Shown piece after piece: positions 39,736 through 52,331 of a DNA stretch of 64,000 nucleotides (position 1 is the stretch's first letter; every line of letters starts with the position of its first letter). A model generated the notes under the pieces. The model saw only the letters and a program-made list of their open reading frames with translations. It was not told where the DNA came from and searched no databases. A program made the position numbers and the translations under genes. The stretch is from Malacoraja senta (Eukaryota): positions 2,978,001 through 3,042,000 of the forward strand of contig CM075999.1 in NCBI GenBank assembly GCA_038087875.1, read 5' to 3'.

Positions 39736-40149
39736 TTTAGAGATACAGTGTGGAAACAGGCCTTTCGGACCACCGATTCCGTGCCGACCAGCGACCACCT
39801 CGTACACTCGCACTATCCTACACACACTAGTGACAATTTTGTTACCAAACATTCTCCCTGTGATCTGCGTGGGTTTTCTCCAGGTGCTCCGGTTTCCTCC
39901 CACACCCCAAAGATGTATATGTTTGTGGGTTAGACAGATAGACACGTCTGAAGAAGGGTCTCGACCCGAAACGTCACCCATTCCTTCTCTCCAGAGATGC
40001 TGCCTGTCTCAATGAGTTAATCCAGTTTTGTCTTTAACTATCTTTGGTTCAAACCAGCATCTGCAGATTCTTCCTGCAAATAAGTTTGTAGGTTAATTAA
40101 CTTTGGTACAAATTACAAATTTTCCCTAGTGCCAGTATAAGGGATGATA

Positions 40150-40760
40150 ATAGACAACAGACAATAGGTGCAGGAGTAGGCCATTCGGCCCTTCGGGCCA
40201 GCACCGCCATTCAATGTGATCATGGCTGATCACCCCAATCAGTACCCCGTTCCTGCCTTCTCCCATATCCCCTGACTCCGCTATTTTTAAGAGCCCTATC
40301 TAGCTCTCTCTTGAAAGCATCCAGAGAACCGGCCTCCACTGCCCTCTGAGGCAGAGAATTCCACAGACTCACCACTCTCTGTGAGAAAAAGTGTTTCCTC
40401 GTCTCTGTTCTAAATGGCTTACTCTTTATTCTTAAACTGTGGCCCCTGGTTCTGGACTCCCCCAACATCGGGAACATGTTTCCTGCCTCTAGCGGGTCCA
40501 AACCCTTAACAATCTTATATGTTTCAATGAGATCCCCTCTCATCCTTCCAAACTCCAGAGTGTACAAGCCCCAGCTGCTCCATTCTCTCAGCATATGACA
40601 GTCCCGCCATCCCGGGAATTAACCTTGTAAACCTACGCTGCACTCCCTCAATAGCAAGAATGTCCTTCCTCAAATTAGGGGACCAAAACTGCACACAATA
40701 CTCCAGGTGTGGTCTCACTAGAGCTCTGTACAACTGCAGAAGGACCTCTTTGCTCCTCTA
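40150..40760 (-). mobile_element. CR1 ORF2 C-terminal fragment
   Basis: ORFs 40220-40594 and 40524-40733. Confidence 0.9.
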
Positions 40761-42094
40761 TATCGCTGGTCGGCACGGACTCAATGGGCCGCAGGGCCTG
40801 TTTCCATGCTGTATCTCTAAAGTAAACTAAACTAATCTAGGAATATTTCCTATTTACTTATAGGAATATTTAGGAATATTTGAGGAACTTGAAGCTCGCA
40901 AATATACAAAGATCTCTAACAATGCAACGGTCCCACAATCACACTGATGAGAATAACATTGTTTTTACTCTGAACAGGATTTGAAACTTCTGACTCAGAA
41001 TCGCACAGGGCCCCCTTGAGTAAAGGCGGTGGGGAAAGAATAGGGAATTTTAAAATGTAAAGTGTGATAATACTACTCATGTTACAAATGTATTTTTAAA
41101 ACCTGAAACTGAAAACATAGTTCAGTTCAGTTTAGTTTATTGCCACGTGTACCGAGGTACAGTGAAAAACTTTTGTTGCGCACTAACCAGTCAGCGGAAA
41201 GACAATAGACAATAGACAATAGGTGCAGGAGTAGGCCATTTGGCCCTTCGAGCCAGCACCGCCATTCAATGTGATCATGGCTGATCGGCCCCAATCAGTA
41301 CCCCGTTCCTGCCTTCTCCCCATATCCCCTGACTCCGCTAACTTTAAGAGCCCTGTCTAGCTCTCTCTTGAAAGCATCCAGAGAACCTGCCTCCACCGCC
41401 CTCTGAAGCAGAGAATTCCACAGACTCACCACTCTCTGTGAGAAAAAAAGTGTTTCCTCGTCTCCGTTCTAAATGGCTTACTCCTTATTCTTAAACTGTG
41501 GCCCCTGGTTCTGGACAATACATGATTACAATCGAGCCATTCACAGTGTACAGATACATGATAAGGGAATAGCGTTTCGTGCAAGGTAAAGCCAGCAAAA
41601 ATCCGATCACAGATAGTCCAAGGGTCTTCAGTGAGAAAGATAGCAATTCAAGACTGCTCTCTAGTTGTTGGTAGGATGGTTTAGTTGCCTGGTAACAGCA
41701 GGGAAGAAACTGTCCCTGAATCTGGAGTGCAAGAAAGAATTGCAGATGCTGGTTAAAATCGAAGGGAGACACAAAATGCTGGAGTAACTCAGCACCCAAA
41801 ACGTCACCCACTCCTTCTCTCCAGAGATGCTGCCTCACCCGCTGAGTTACTCCAGCATTTTGTGTCTACCTGAATCTGGAGGAGTGTGTTTTCACACTTT
41901 TGTACTTTGTTAGAAACAAGAAATGCAGATGCTGGTTTACACAAAAGTGGAGTAACTCTGTGGGTCAGGCAGCAGGGCGAGGCTCCAGAGATAACGAAAA
42001 TACACTTTGTTCTCAAAACTTGATTGATATGTCTGGCATTGGAGTAGCAAGCTCATTGGTAAAGTTTCACAAAGTTGATGGTCAAAACAAGAAA

Positions 42095-42556
42095 AAAGTG
42101 CTGGAGTAACTCAGCGGGTCAGGCAGCATCTGTGGAGAACATGGATAGGTGACGTTTCACAGAGTGCTGGAGTAACTCAGCGGGTCAGGCAGCATCTGTG
42201 GAGAACATGGATAGGTGACGTTTCACAGAGTGCTGGAGTAACTCAGCGGGTCAGGCAGCATCTGTGGAGAACATGGATAGGTGACGTTTCACAGAGTGCT
42301 GGAGTAACTCAGCGGGTCAGGCAGCATCTGTGGAGAACATGGATAGGTGACGTTTCACAGAGTGCTGGAGTAACTCAGCGGGTCAGGCAGCATCTGAGGA
42401 GAACATGGATAGGTGACGTTTCACAGAGTGCTGGAGTAACTCAGCGGGTCAGGCAGCATCTGTGGAGAACATGGATAGGTGACATTTCACAGAGTGCTGG
42501 AGTAACTCAGCGGGTCAGGCAGCATCTCTGAAGAACATGGATAGGTGACTTTTCAG
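42095..42556 (+). repeat. Tandem array of 7 x 66 bp derived from the Penelope pLTR
   Basis: Units start at 42095, 42161, 42227, 42293, 42359, 42425 and 42491; nearly identical. Confidence 0.92.
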
Positions 42557-42654
42557 GACAGGACACTTCTTCAGGTCATATTAGCTTAATTGGAAGTAAT
42601 CGTGTGTAGGAAGGAACTGCAGGTGTTAGTTTACACAAAATGCTGGAGTAAATG

Positions 42655-43375
42655 GTGTCAAGTTGGGAAAAGGGGAAGTACAACGAGATCTGGAAGTCCT
42701 TGTTCATCTGTCACTGAATGTAAGCATGTAGGTACAGCAGGCAGAGAAGAGAGCGAATGGCATGTTGGCCTTCATAACAAGAGGAATTGAGTATAGGAGC
42801 AGTTGTACAGGGCCCCTGGAGACCTGGAGACCACACCTGGAGTATTGTGTGCAGTTTTGGTCTCCACAAATTTGAGGAAGGACATTCTTGCTATTGAGGG
42901 AGTGCAGCGTAGGTTCACCGGGTTAATTCGTGGGATGGCGGGACTGTCATATGTTGATAGAATGGAGCGGCTGGGCTTGTATACTCTGGAATTTGGAAGG
43001 ATGAGAGGGGATCTTATTGAAACATATAAGATTATTAAGGGTTTGGACACGCTAGAGGCAGGAAACATGTTCCCGATGTTGGGGGAGTCCAGAACCAGGG
43101 GCCACAGTTTAAGAATAAGGGGTAAGCCATTTAGAAGGGAGATGAGGAAAATCTTTTTCACACAGAGGGTTATGAATCTCAGAAGGCAGTGGAGGCCAAT
43201 TCTCTGGATGCTTTCAAGAGAGAGTTAGGTAGAGCTCTTAAAGGTAGCGGATATGGGGAGAAGGCAGGAACGGGGGTACTGATTATGGATGATCAGCCAC
43301 GATCACAGTGAATGGCGGTGCTGGCTCGAAGGGCTGAATGGCCAACTCCTGCTCCTATTGTCTATTGTCTATTGT
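42655..43375 (+). mobile_element. CR1 ORF2 fragment (longest in the window, degraded)
   Basis: ORF 42803-43228 plus the 3' tail. Confidence 0.88.
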
Positions 43376-44476
43376 AACTTAACGGGACATACAATATCTC
43401 TGGAGAGAAGGAATGGGTGACGTTTCGGGTCGAGACCTTTCTTCATACTGAGGGTCAGGGAGACTAATCTTGTGTGTGGACTTGATAAGAAGAAGAAGAC
43501 TACAAATGCAGGCCGAAGGCGACGAACTTAGATGGGGCATCTTGACAAGTTGCCATGTTTCCATGTTGAGTGCCTTTATGATTCTAAAACTCGCCGAGCA
43601 CTTCAGCTCAGTTTAGTTTATTGTCACGTGTACCGAGGTACAGTGAAAAGCTTTTGTTGCGTGCTAACCAGTCAGCAGAAAGACAATACATGATTACAAT
43701 CGAGCCATTTACAGTGTACAGATACATGATAATGTTAACCCTGACCCTAATACTGAAGAATCTGCCCTTTCTCTCTCTCTCTCTGTCATTTGGAAAGAAC
43801 CAACTCATTTATCTTTCCACTTGTAATCGAACCTGTATCCTGCTTCATCCAAGTCCCACAGACAAGATGGCTATTTTCACTCAGGGCGAATAGCAGCAAG
43901 TGAGAGATTTGCTGTTGTATTCGCTCTTAAAATAGATGCAAGATGATGCTTCCTGTATGTAGCCCAGTTGATGCAAGGGATATGACTCAGATGTACAAGC
44001 TCATCAGCTTAACGGCTGTGTCAAGCTAAACCCTCGCAAGTGAAGTGAGACTGAAACTAAAGAGCCACTGCCCAAAGTGCATTGTGTGCAGGAAGGAACT
44101 GCAGATGCTGCTTGACCCTAAAGATAGACACAAAATACTGGAGTAACTCAGTGGGTCAGGCTGGATCTCGGGACGAAAGGAACAGGTGATGTCTTGGGTC
44201 GAGACTCTTCTTCTGAAGATGGGTCCCAACCCGAAACGTCATCTATTCCTTATCTCCAGAGATACTGCCTGGCCCGTTGAGTTGCTCCAGCAGTTTTGTG
44301 ACAATATTGGGGGGGGGGGGGGGGGTCCAGAACCAGGGGCCATAGCTTAAGAATAAGAATAAGAGGGGACTTGATAGAGGTCTTTAAAATTATGAGCGGG
44401 TTAGACAGAGTGGACGTGGATAAGCTTTTCCCATTGAGAGTAGGGAAGATTCAAACAAGGGGACATGACTTGAGAA

Positions 44477-44676
44477 NNNNNNNNNNNNNNNNNNNNNNNN
44501 NNNNNNNNNNNNNNNNNNNNNNNNNNNNNNNNNNNNNNNNNNNNNNNNNNNNNNNNNNNNNNNNNNNNNNNNNNNNNNNNNNNNNNNNNNNNNNNNNNNN
44601 NNNNNNNNNNNNNNNNNNNNNNNNNNNNNNNNNNNNNNNNNNNNNNNNNNNNNNNNNNNNNNNNNNNNNNNNNNNN
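44477..44676. other. Assembly gap (200 N)
   Basis: Run of N. Confidence 1.
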
Positions 44677-45267
44677 ATTAAACTATCCTGCACCACATTA
44701 GGGACAATTTATTTTTACATTTACAGTCTACCATGTCAATTAACCTACACACCTGCACGTCTTTGGAGTGTGGGAGGAAACTGAAGATCTTGGAGAAACC
44801 CACGCAGGTCACGGGGAGAACGTACAAACTCCGTACAGACAGCACCCGTAGTCGGGATCGAACCTGGGTCTCTGGCGCTGTGAGGCAGCAACTCTACCGC
44901 TGCGCCACCGTGCCCCCCCACAATCCCATCCACTCATCATTAAACTCATACTTTAGCATATACACCGCTCGCAGTGCTGAGTTGCTTTCTCTGAATTTTA
45001 ACTCATAAAGTTGATGGGATGCCAGGTACTTTGTCTCTCTGGTTACATTGCTGACACATGTTCACACGTACAGCGTTGCTACCAGACACTCCCAGCTTGT
45101 ACATTGTTCCGCGTCTGACAACGGGAAAGATATATGATGCTACATGTTGTATTTAATGCTTCAATTAACAGTTGAAATATCTTCATTTGCCAAAAGAAAA
45201 CCATGCAGCATCTTACACCAGGATCTTGATATAGCTTGTGTAGGATGGAGCTGCAGATGCTGGAGTC

Positions 45268-45822
45268 CACACCTGGAGTATTGTGCGCAGTTTTGGTCCC
45301 CTAATTTGAGTAAGGACATTCTTGCTATTGAGGGAGTGCAGCGTAGGTTTACAAGGTTAATTCCCGGGATGGCGGGACTGTCATATGCTGAGAGAATGGA
45401 GCGGCTGGGCTTGTACACTCTGGAATTTTGAAGGATGAGAGGGTATCTCATTGCAACATATACGATTATTTAGGGTTTGGACACGCTAGAGGCAGGAAAC
45501 ATGTTCCCAATGTTGAGGGAGTCCAGAACCAGGGGCCACTGTTTATGAATAAGGGGTAAGCCATTTAGAACAGAGACGAGGAAACGCTTTTTCACACAGA
45601 GTTGTGAGTCTGTGGAATTCTCTGCCGGTGGAGGCCGGTTCTCTGGATTCTTTCAAGAGAGAGCTAGATAGGGCTTTTAAAGAGAACGGAGTCAGGGGAT
45701 ATGGGGAGAAGGCAGGAACGGGGTACTGATTGGGGATGTTCAGCCATGATCACATTGAATGGCGGTGCTGGCTCGAAGGACCGAATGGCCTACTCCTGCA
45801 CCTATTGTCTATTGCCTATTGT
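45268..45822 (+). mobile_element. CR1 ORF2 fragment
   Basis: PHLEYCAQFWSPNLSKDILAIEGVQRRF; tail. Confidence 0.88.
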
Positions 45823-46074
45823 AACTCAGCGGGACAGGCAGCATCTCTGGAGAGAAGGAATGGGTGACGTTTCGGGTCAGAAGAAGGGTCTCGACCGGAA
45901 ACGTCACCCGTTCCTTCTCTCCATGATTTGAACAAGGTTAGGTTCAGATTTATTATTGTCACGTGTACAAAAAGCTGTTTTGCCTGCTAACCAAACAGAT
46001 TAGATACATTAATACTGTACAGAAATACAATCAAATCAATCCTCATGTTCGAGTTGGCACGGTGGCACAGCGTT

Positions 46075-46350
46075 AGAGTTGCTGCCTCACAGCGCCAGAG
46101 ACCCGGGTTCGATCTACTACGGGTGCTGTCTGTATGGAGTTTGTACGTTCTCCCCGTGACCGCGTGGGTTTTCTCCAAGATCTTCGGTTTTCCTCCCACA
46201 CTCCAAAGACGTGCAGGTTTGTAGGTTAATTGGCTTCTGTAAAACTGCCCCTAGTGTGTAGGATAGTGCTAGTGTACGGGGTGATCACTGGCCGGCGCGG
46301 ACTCGTTGGGCCAGAGGGCCTGTTTCCACGCTGTATCTCTAAACTGAACT
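46075..46350 (+). mobile_element. V-SINE
   Basis: Head, core and tail. Confidence 0.85.
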
Positions 46351-47527
46351 ACAATCGGTAGAGCAAAGGGGATGATACAGAGTGCGGAATATAGTTCTCA
46401 GCATTGTAGCGCATCAGTTCCATAGACAAAGTCCAATGTCTGCAATGGGGTAGAATTGGGCAGTACCCTAGCTTATGGACACAGAGCGCTGGAGTAACTC
46501 AGCGGGTCAGGCAGCATCTGTGGAGAACATGGATAGGTGACGTTTAGGGTCGGGACCCTTCTTCAGACTGAAACAGAAGAAGGGTCCCGACCCGAAACGT
46601 CACCTATTCCTTCTCTCCAGAGATGCTGCCTGATCCGCTGAGTTACTCCAGCTCTTTTTGTCTAACTTCAGTATAAACCAGCATCTGCAGTTTATGGGTA
46701 GTGTTCAGCTTTGAACAGATTACGTGGGAAATGCCACCCTGTCACGTGGTGACCCACATTGTATGGGTGAAGCTAAACAATGTCTAAACTGCTCAGGTTC
46801 AGTAATGATGTGATCACATTCTGAAGAATCCATCAGGTAATAACTGCAGTAACCGTGTGATAATTGTATTCAGATTTAGACCTGTTCTGTGCTGTCAGTA
46901 TCTATCCCACTGATACATTAATGATAAGTATTAAATGCTGTGCTGCAATAGGCGACAGGCAATTAATCTTCTCGAAGTATGAGGAGCAGATTCAGTTCAA
47001 GGTCCCTCTTCCTCTGTTGCATATTCGAAGAAAAAATGGAGTAACGTTGGAACTGCAACTCTTAAAACGTACAATGCCGGGCAGCACGGTGGCGCAGCAG
47101 TAGAGTTGCTGCCTCACAGCGCCAGGGACCCGGGTTCGATCCCAAACTACGGTTGCTGTCTTTACGGAGTTTGTACGTTCTCCCCCGTGACCTGCGTGAG
47201 TTTTCTCCGGCTTTAACCTTGCACTAAACGCTATTCCCTTTATCCTGTATCTGTACACTGTGGACGGCTCGATTGTAATCATGTATTGTCTTTCCGCTGA
47301 CTGCTTAGCACGCAACAAAAGCTTTTCACTGTACCTCGGTACACGTGACAATAAACTAAAGCAACCAACCATGACATTTCCACCTAGGGAATAACGTTCT
47401 GACTGTCTACCATGTCCATGTTCACCCTGAATGTGGACAAGAGAGCTGATGGAATTCCTTCTTAAATGTCTTAAATTCGTCTTTCTCTGAGCAAGATAGA
47501 AATTTACCATTATGGCATCATTAGAAT

Positions 47528-47838
47528 TCAGAGATACAGCGCGGAAACTGGCCCTTCGCCCACCGAGTCCGCGCTGACCAGCGATCACCCCGTACACTAA
47601 AACTATCCCACACACACTCGGGACAATTTACAATTTACAATTTTTTACCGCAGCCAATTAGCCCACGAACCTGTACGTCTTTGGAGTGTGGGAGGAAACC
47701 GGAGCACCTGGAGAAAACCCACGCAGGTCATGGGGAGAACGTACAAACTCTTTACAGACAGCACCCGTAGTCAGGATGGAACCCGGGTCTCTGGCGCTGT
47801 GAGGCAGCAACTCTACCGCTGCACCATCGTGCCGCCCG
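47528..47838 (-). mobile_element. V-SINE
   Basis: Head, core and tail. Confidence 0.85.
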
Positions 47839-48921
47839 TTAAAAAAAACAAATCTGTCCAGGATTCCTGGCTAATATTCTCTGTCAGGTAATAAGATTGA
47901 ATATCCCGCCATTCCCTTTCCTACTGTTGCGAGCGATGTAGCTATGAAACTAAAATATTTAACAGATTATGATTAATATCTGATCTCAGTTCAGTTAAGT
48001 TTCAGTTCCATTTATTGCCATAGTCTATTGTTAATTCTGGGCCCAATCCTTGGCTTTTGTGAAAAGCAACCAAGCTAGGTTTTAGATAGTCACAAAAAGC
48101 TGGAGTAACTCAGCGGGACAGGCAACATCTCTGATGAGAAGGAACGGGTGACGTTTCGGGTCGAGACCCTTCATCAGACTCATTCCTTCTCTCCAGAGAT
48201 GCTGCCTGTCCCGCTGAGTTACTCCAGCATGCTATGTCTATCTTCGATTTAAACCAGCATCTGCAGTTCTTTCCTCCACAAGTTGGGTTTTCGTTCACTA
48301 CTGGGCCCAGCACGTTATATTTCTGTTCAAAATCACGTAAATATATTTTCAAGCTTGCAAAATCCACAATGCGGTTGCGTTAAAGGCACTTGTTTATATC
48401 ATCTCACACCTCGATTCTTATACTTTAAAGACAGTAACAGGAGCCCCCTGAGAGTTTTGCCAGGAACATCAGTGACTTCTGTCAACATTTAGATAGATGT
48501 CTCGAGAACCGGGCTCGGCAAATAGATACTAATTGTGTGAAGGCCTTTCAAGTACCTGAAGCCTGCGTTGTTTTTTGATCAGCAGCAGACTATTGGAAGG
48601 AACTCTGGCTGTAAGATAGGAAGAGAGGACACTACATCAATTGTGTCTCTCCAACACACAGAGAACACACTCACTCACATCAAAGCAGAGAGAGCTCAAG
48701 GTGGAATCTAGCGAATAGCGATCATTGTGTTTGCTTCAGGGGAGAAGAGGCTCGCTCTGGATCAATGAATAGTGAGAGCAATTGATTGTGCTACACAACC
48801 TCGTACACCTTAAGTCATGGATTGGTTTAAATCAATGGTACATCTGCGCCTTCTTTTAAAATTCCATCAACTAATGGAGATCTTTCCAGAGACGAACATT
48901 AAATGTTTAAAATCTCCGTTT

Positions 48922-49127
48922 TGTAGTGAGACCAGGCAGGTTTGAGCGAAATATTCTTTATTAACACAAACAAATGCTGGAAACACCGCATACCTAGTCT
49001 AGAACTAACGGTTACATCTCCTGTCGAGGCGAGGAGCGCTAACTAATGATTACTCTCAAAACACGCGAATGAACCCCCCGGTCACCTGACCAATGACGAG
49101 GGTTCTGAACACCCAGCCCCACCACTA
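48922..49127 (-). mobile_element. Possible solo LTR (~206 bp, Gypsy-like)
   Basis: Ends TGTAGTG...CACTA; AATAAA ~35 nt from the minus-strand 3' end; CCAAT motif; GTTT on both flanks. Confidence 0.45.
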
Positions 49128-49569
49128 GTTTTAAGAATAAGGAGTAAGCCATTTAGAACGGAGACGAGGAAACACTTTTTCTCGCAGAGAGTGGTGAGTC
49201 TGTGGAATTCTCTGCCTCAGAGGCAGGTTCTCTGGATGCTTTCAAGAGAGAGCTAGATAGTGCTCTTAAAGATAGCGGAGTCAGGGGATATGGGGAGAAG
49301 GCAGGAACGGGGTACTGATTGGGGATGATCAGCCATGATCACATTGAATGGCGGTGCTGGCTCGAAGGGCCGAATGGCCTACTCCTGCACCTATTGTCTA
49401 TTGTCTATTGTGCTGCTACAGTTTGTTATTTTTGATCTGGTTGGTCTACATCCATCATCTCACTGGCCCACTGGACATGCTGCCATGTAAATGCGAGCAA
49501 CTGCGTTTGGTAGTTTATCAAAGTAGATACAAATTCACTTGGGTCAGGTAGCAGAAGTTGATAAGTGAT

Positions 49570-50410
49570 TTGATTTGATTTTTTGATTTAATTCAATTTG
49601 TCAAATCAAATGAAAATTGCTGTTTCCCACACAGTCATACGAATACTTTTTAAAATAAAAACACAGAATACAGTAGTCCACAACACAAACATCCCCACAG
49701 CGGCACCAAAGTTCCCCACTGTGAGGGAAGGAACCAAAGTCCAGTCAACCTCCTCGCTGATGTTCCCCAATGTTCACCAGTGGTCGTGGCCTCCCGAGCC
49801 CCCCGTAGTCGCTGCTACGGGTGGCCCGATGCTCAGGCCCTCTCGCCGGGAACGATGGAACCCCGACAGAAGAACATCCTCTGAATCGGCCACCTCCCAC
49901 CGGAGTCCGCGGCTCCCGAAGACCACAGGCCACGCTGGGCGGAGATTCAACGCTGGCGGCCCCCGGCAAAGGGTCCCAGGGCTCCGCGATGTTGGTCAGC
50001 GCCGCCCGCGTTGGGAGCTCCGCAGACCACAGCTCCGCGATGTCGATGCAGCAGGCCCGACACTCCGGAGCCTCAAACGGCGATCCAAGGTGACGCATCG
50101 CCCGCTCCGCGATGTATCCAGCGCTGCGCCGCCGCTGCTGAAGCTCTGGTCCGGTCCCGGCAGGAATGGCCGCGCCAATCCAGTTGGTAGGCCGCGAGGA
50201 GGGTGGGCGAGGGCGCGACTCAGAGAATAGTCGCATCCTCGCCAGGAAGTGACTGAAGGACGGTTTCCCCCTTACCCTACCCCCCTCCCCCACATCAAAT
50301 CAAATAAAAAAAGAACAAAAAACATACTTTAAACATACTAAAAATAAAAAAGATAAAAAGACAAACAGACTGTAGGCGGAGGCAGCCATCAACACCGCCA
50401 CCGGATGTCA
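49570..50410 (-). mobile_element. Unclassified CpG-rich interspersed element with (AAATC)n-like tail
   Basis: Abrupt GC/CpG-rich block bounded by a simple-repeat tail; partly duplicated at ~52630-52925. Confidence 0.45.
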
Positions 50411-52025
50411 TGCAGGAGCAGAATTAGGCCATTCGGCCCATCAAGTCTACTCCGCCATTCAATCATGGCTGATCTATCTCTCCCTCCTAACCCCATTCTC
50501 CTGCCTTCTCCTTGTAACCCCTGACACCCGTACTGATCCACAGTGTGGGCCGAAGGGCCTGTTCCTGTTCTGTACTATTCTATGTGTGGGAAGGAACTGC
50601 AGATGCTGGTTTAAACCGAAGATAGACACAAAAAGCTGGAGTAACTCAAAGGGAGGTGGGTGCATGGAACGAGCTGCCGGAGGAGGTAGTTGAGGCTGGG
50701 ACTATCGCAATGTTTAAGAAACATTTAGACAGGTACATGGATAGGACAGGTTTACAGGGATATGGACCAAACGCAGGCAGGTGGGACTAGTGTAGCTGGG
50801 ACATGATGGTCGGTGTGGGCAAGTTGGGCCAAAGGACCTGTTTCCACGCTGTATCACTCTTCATGAATCTGGTGGTACGTAAGGGAAAGCTGTTGTATCT
50901 TCTGCTAGACAACAGATGGGTGAAGAGGGAATGGTTGGGGGTGAAAATGGTCCTTAATGATGTTGAATCAAGATGCTGGTTAACACAAAATGATGGATAG
51001 AAGAAGTGAAGACAGACACAAAATGCTGGAGTAACTCAGCGGGACAGGCAGCATCTCCGGAGAGAAGGAATGGGTGACGTTTCAGGTCAAGACGGGTCTG
51101 AAGGAGGGTCTGGACCCAAAGCGTCACCCGTTCCTTCTCTCCAGAGATGCTGCCTGTCCTGCTGTGTAACACAAACTTTTTGTGTCTATCTTGCAATCCC
51201 TTATAATCGATCAATCAAGCCCTGGAGATTGCAGTGTTTGCTTCTGTCATCTCTGATGTTCTTATCAAACGCTGCACTGATGGTGCAAGTCGCAACTGCC
51301 AGCCGCCAAAGTCTATCTGGAGATTGTCAACAGTGTGGATGAAAATGTACACTCGCCCCAGTGGCTCATCAGCGAGTCAGTCAAAGACGAGCTAATCACT
51401 GGCAGGCATTTACTCAAACTGTCTTGTCACATTTACAATCATTCCGTATCCCAAGATGTGAGGATTGACACCGGAGAAAATAAATAAAAGAGAGATCTCT
51501 GTGCCAGAAGAAATTATAATTTCATGAAACAGATCTGTGTGTCGCATGTTAACCAACGCTGGCCAAACCGTAGCGTCCAGTCCCTGCAGAGGGACACCGA
51601 TCCATATGCATGCTTATTGCATAGTGGACTGAAACTACGCAACTGGGGCAAAGATGGGCGGTAAAAAGCACTGATTTTTCGGCTGGAGATGCAATACCTC
51701 ATTGTATCTAAAGACTGGGATTATGGGAGTCTGTTTTTTTATGGAGGGGCAGGGGGGGAGGGTTTTTTTTACTGTTTTACTTTAATTTACAGATATATTT
51801 GTATTTAATGCATTTATTTTTCTTTTTAAAAAAAAGCAAAATCCTGAGGTTGACTACAGGTCCAAATAGTTTGAAATTCAACTTTGTTTTATTGCAATTG
51901 CAGTTTTGTAAAGAAAAATGTGTACAGTTCCTAAATTTGTGTAGAAAATGTATTTACTGTTACTATTTTATGTCTGGCTGTGGCAGCTTTGACAGTCCGG
52001 AGTCACCTTCCAGAGGGATGAGCTG

Positions 52026-52331
52026 TGGAAGGCGACTCCGGATTGTCAAAGCTGCCACAGCCAGACATAAAAACAGCTTTTATCCACGAGTAGTTGCTCT
52101 ACTCAACAGCCAAAAATCTGTAGCCTCCCTTTGATCTGATATTTTGTTGGTTCACATGCTTGATCAATGGTGTTTTATCATTAATGTCTTTATTATTATT
52201 AATGTTTAGTGTTTTCTGAGTCATTTGTAACTGTCACTGTATGTCATGTTGTTAGTTGTGGGCGGAGCACCAAGGCAAATTCCTTGTATGTGAATACTTG
52301 GCCAATAAACTTACTTACTTACTTACTTACT
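52026..52331 (+). mobile_element. Rex1/Babar-like 3' fragment with 5' fold-back
   Basis: GRRLRIVKAATARHKNSFYPRVVALLNS; (CTTA)n tail. Confidence 0.75.

Noticed and set aside
42095..42556. CRISPR-like regular array
   Set aside because: No unique spacers, eukaryotic context, and the unit is Penelope pLTR sequence.
49598..50293. 210-aa and 182-aa overlapping ORFs / CpG-island promoter
   Set aside because: GC-rich repeat, open on both strands, no domain; partly duplicated at 52.6-52.9 kb.
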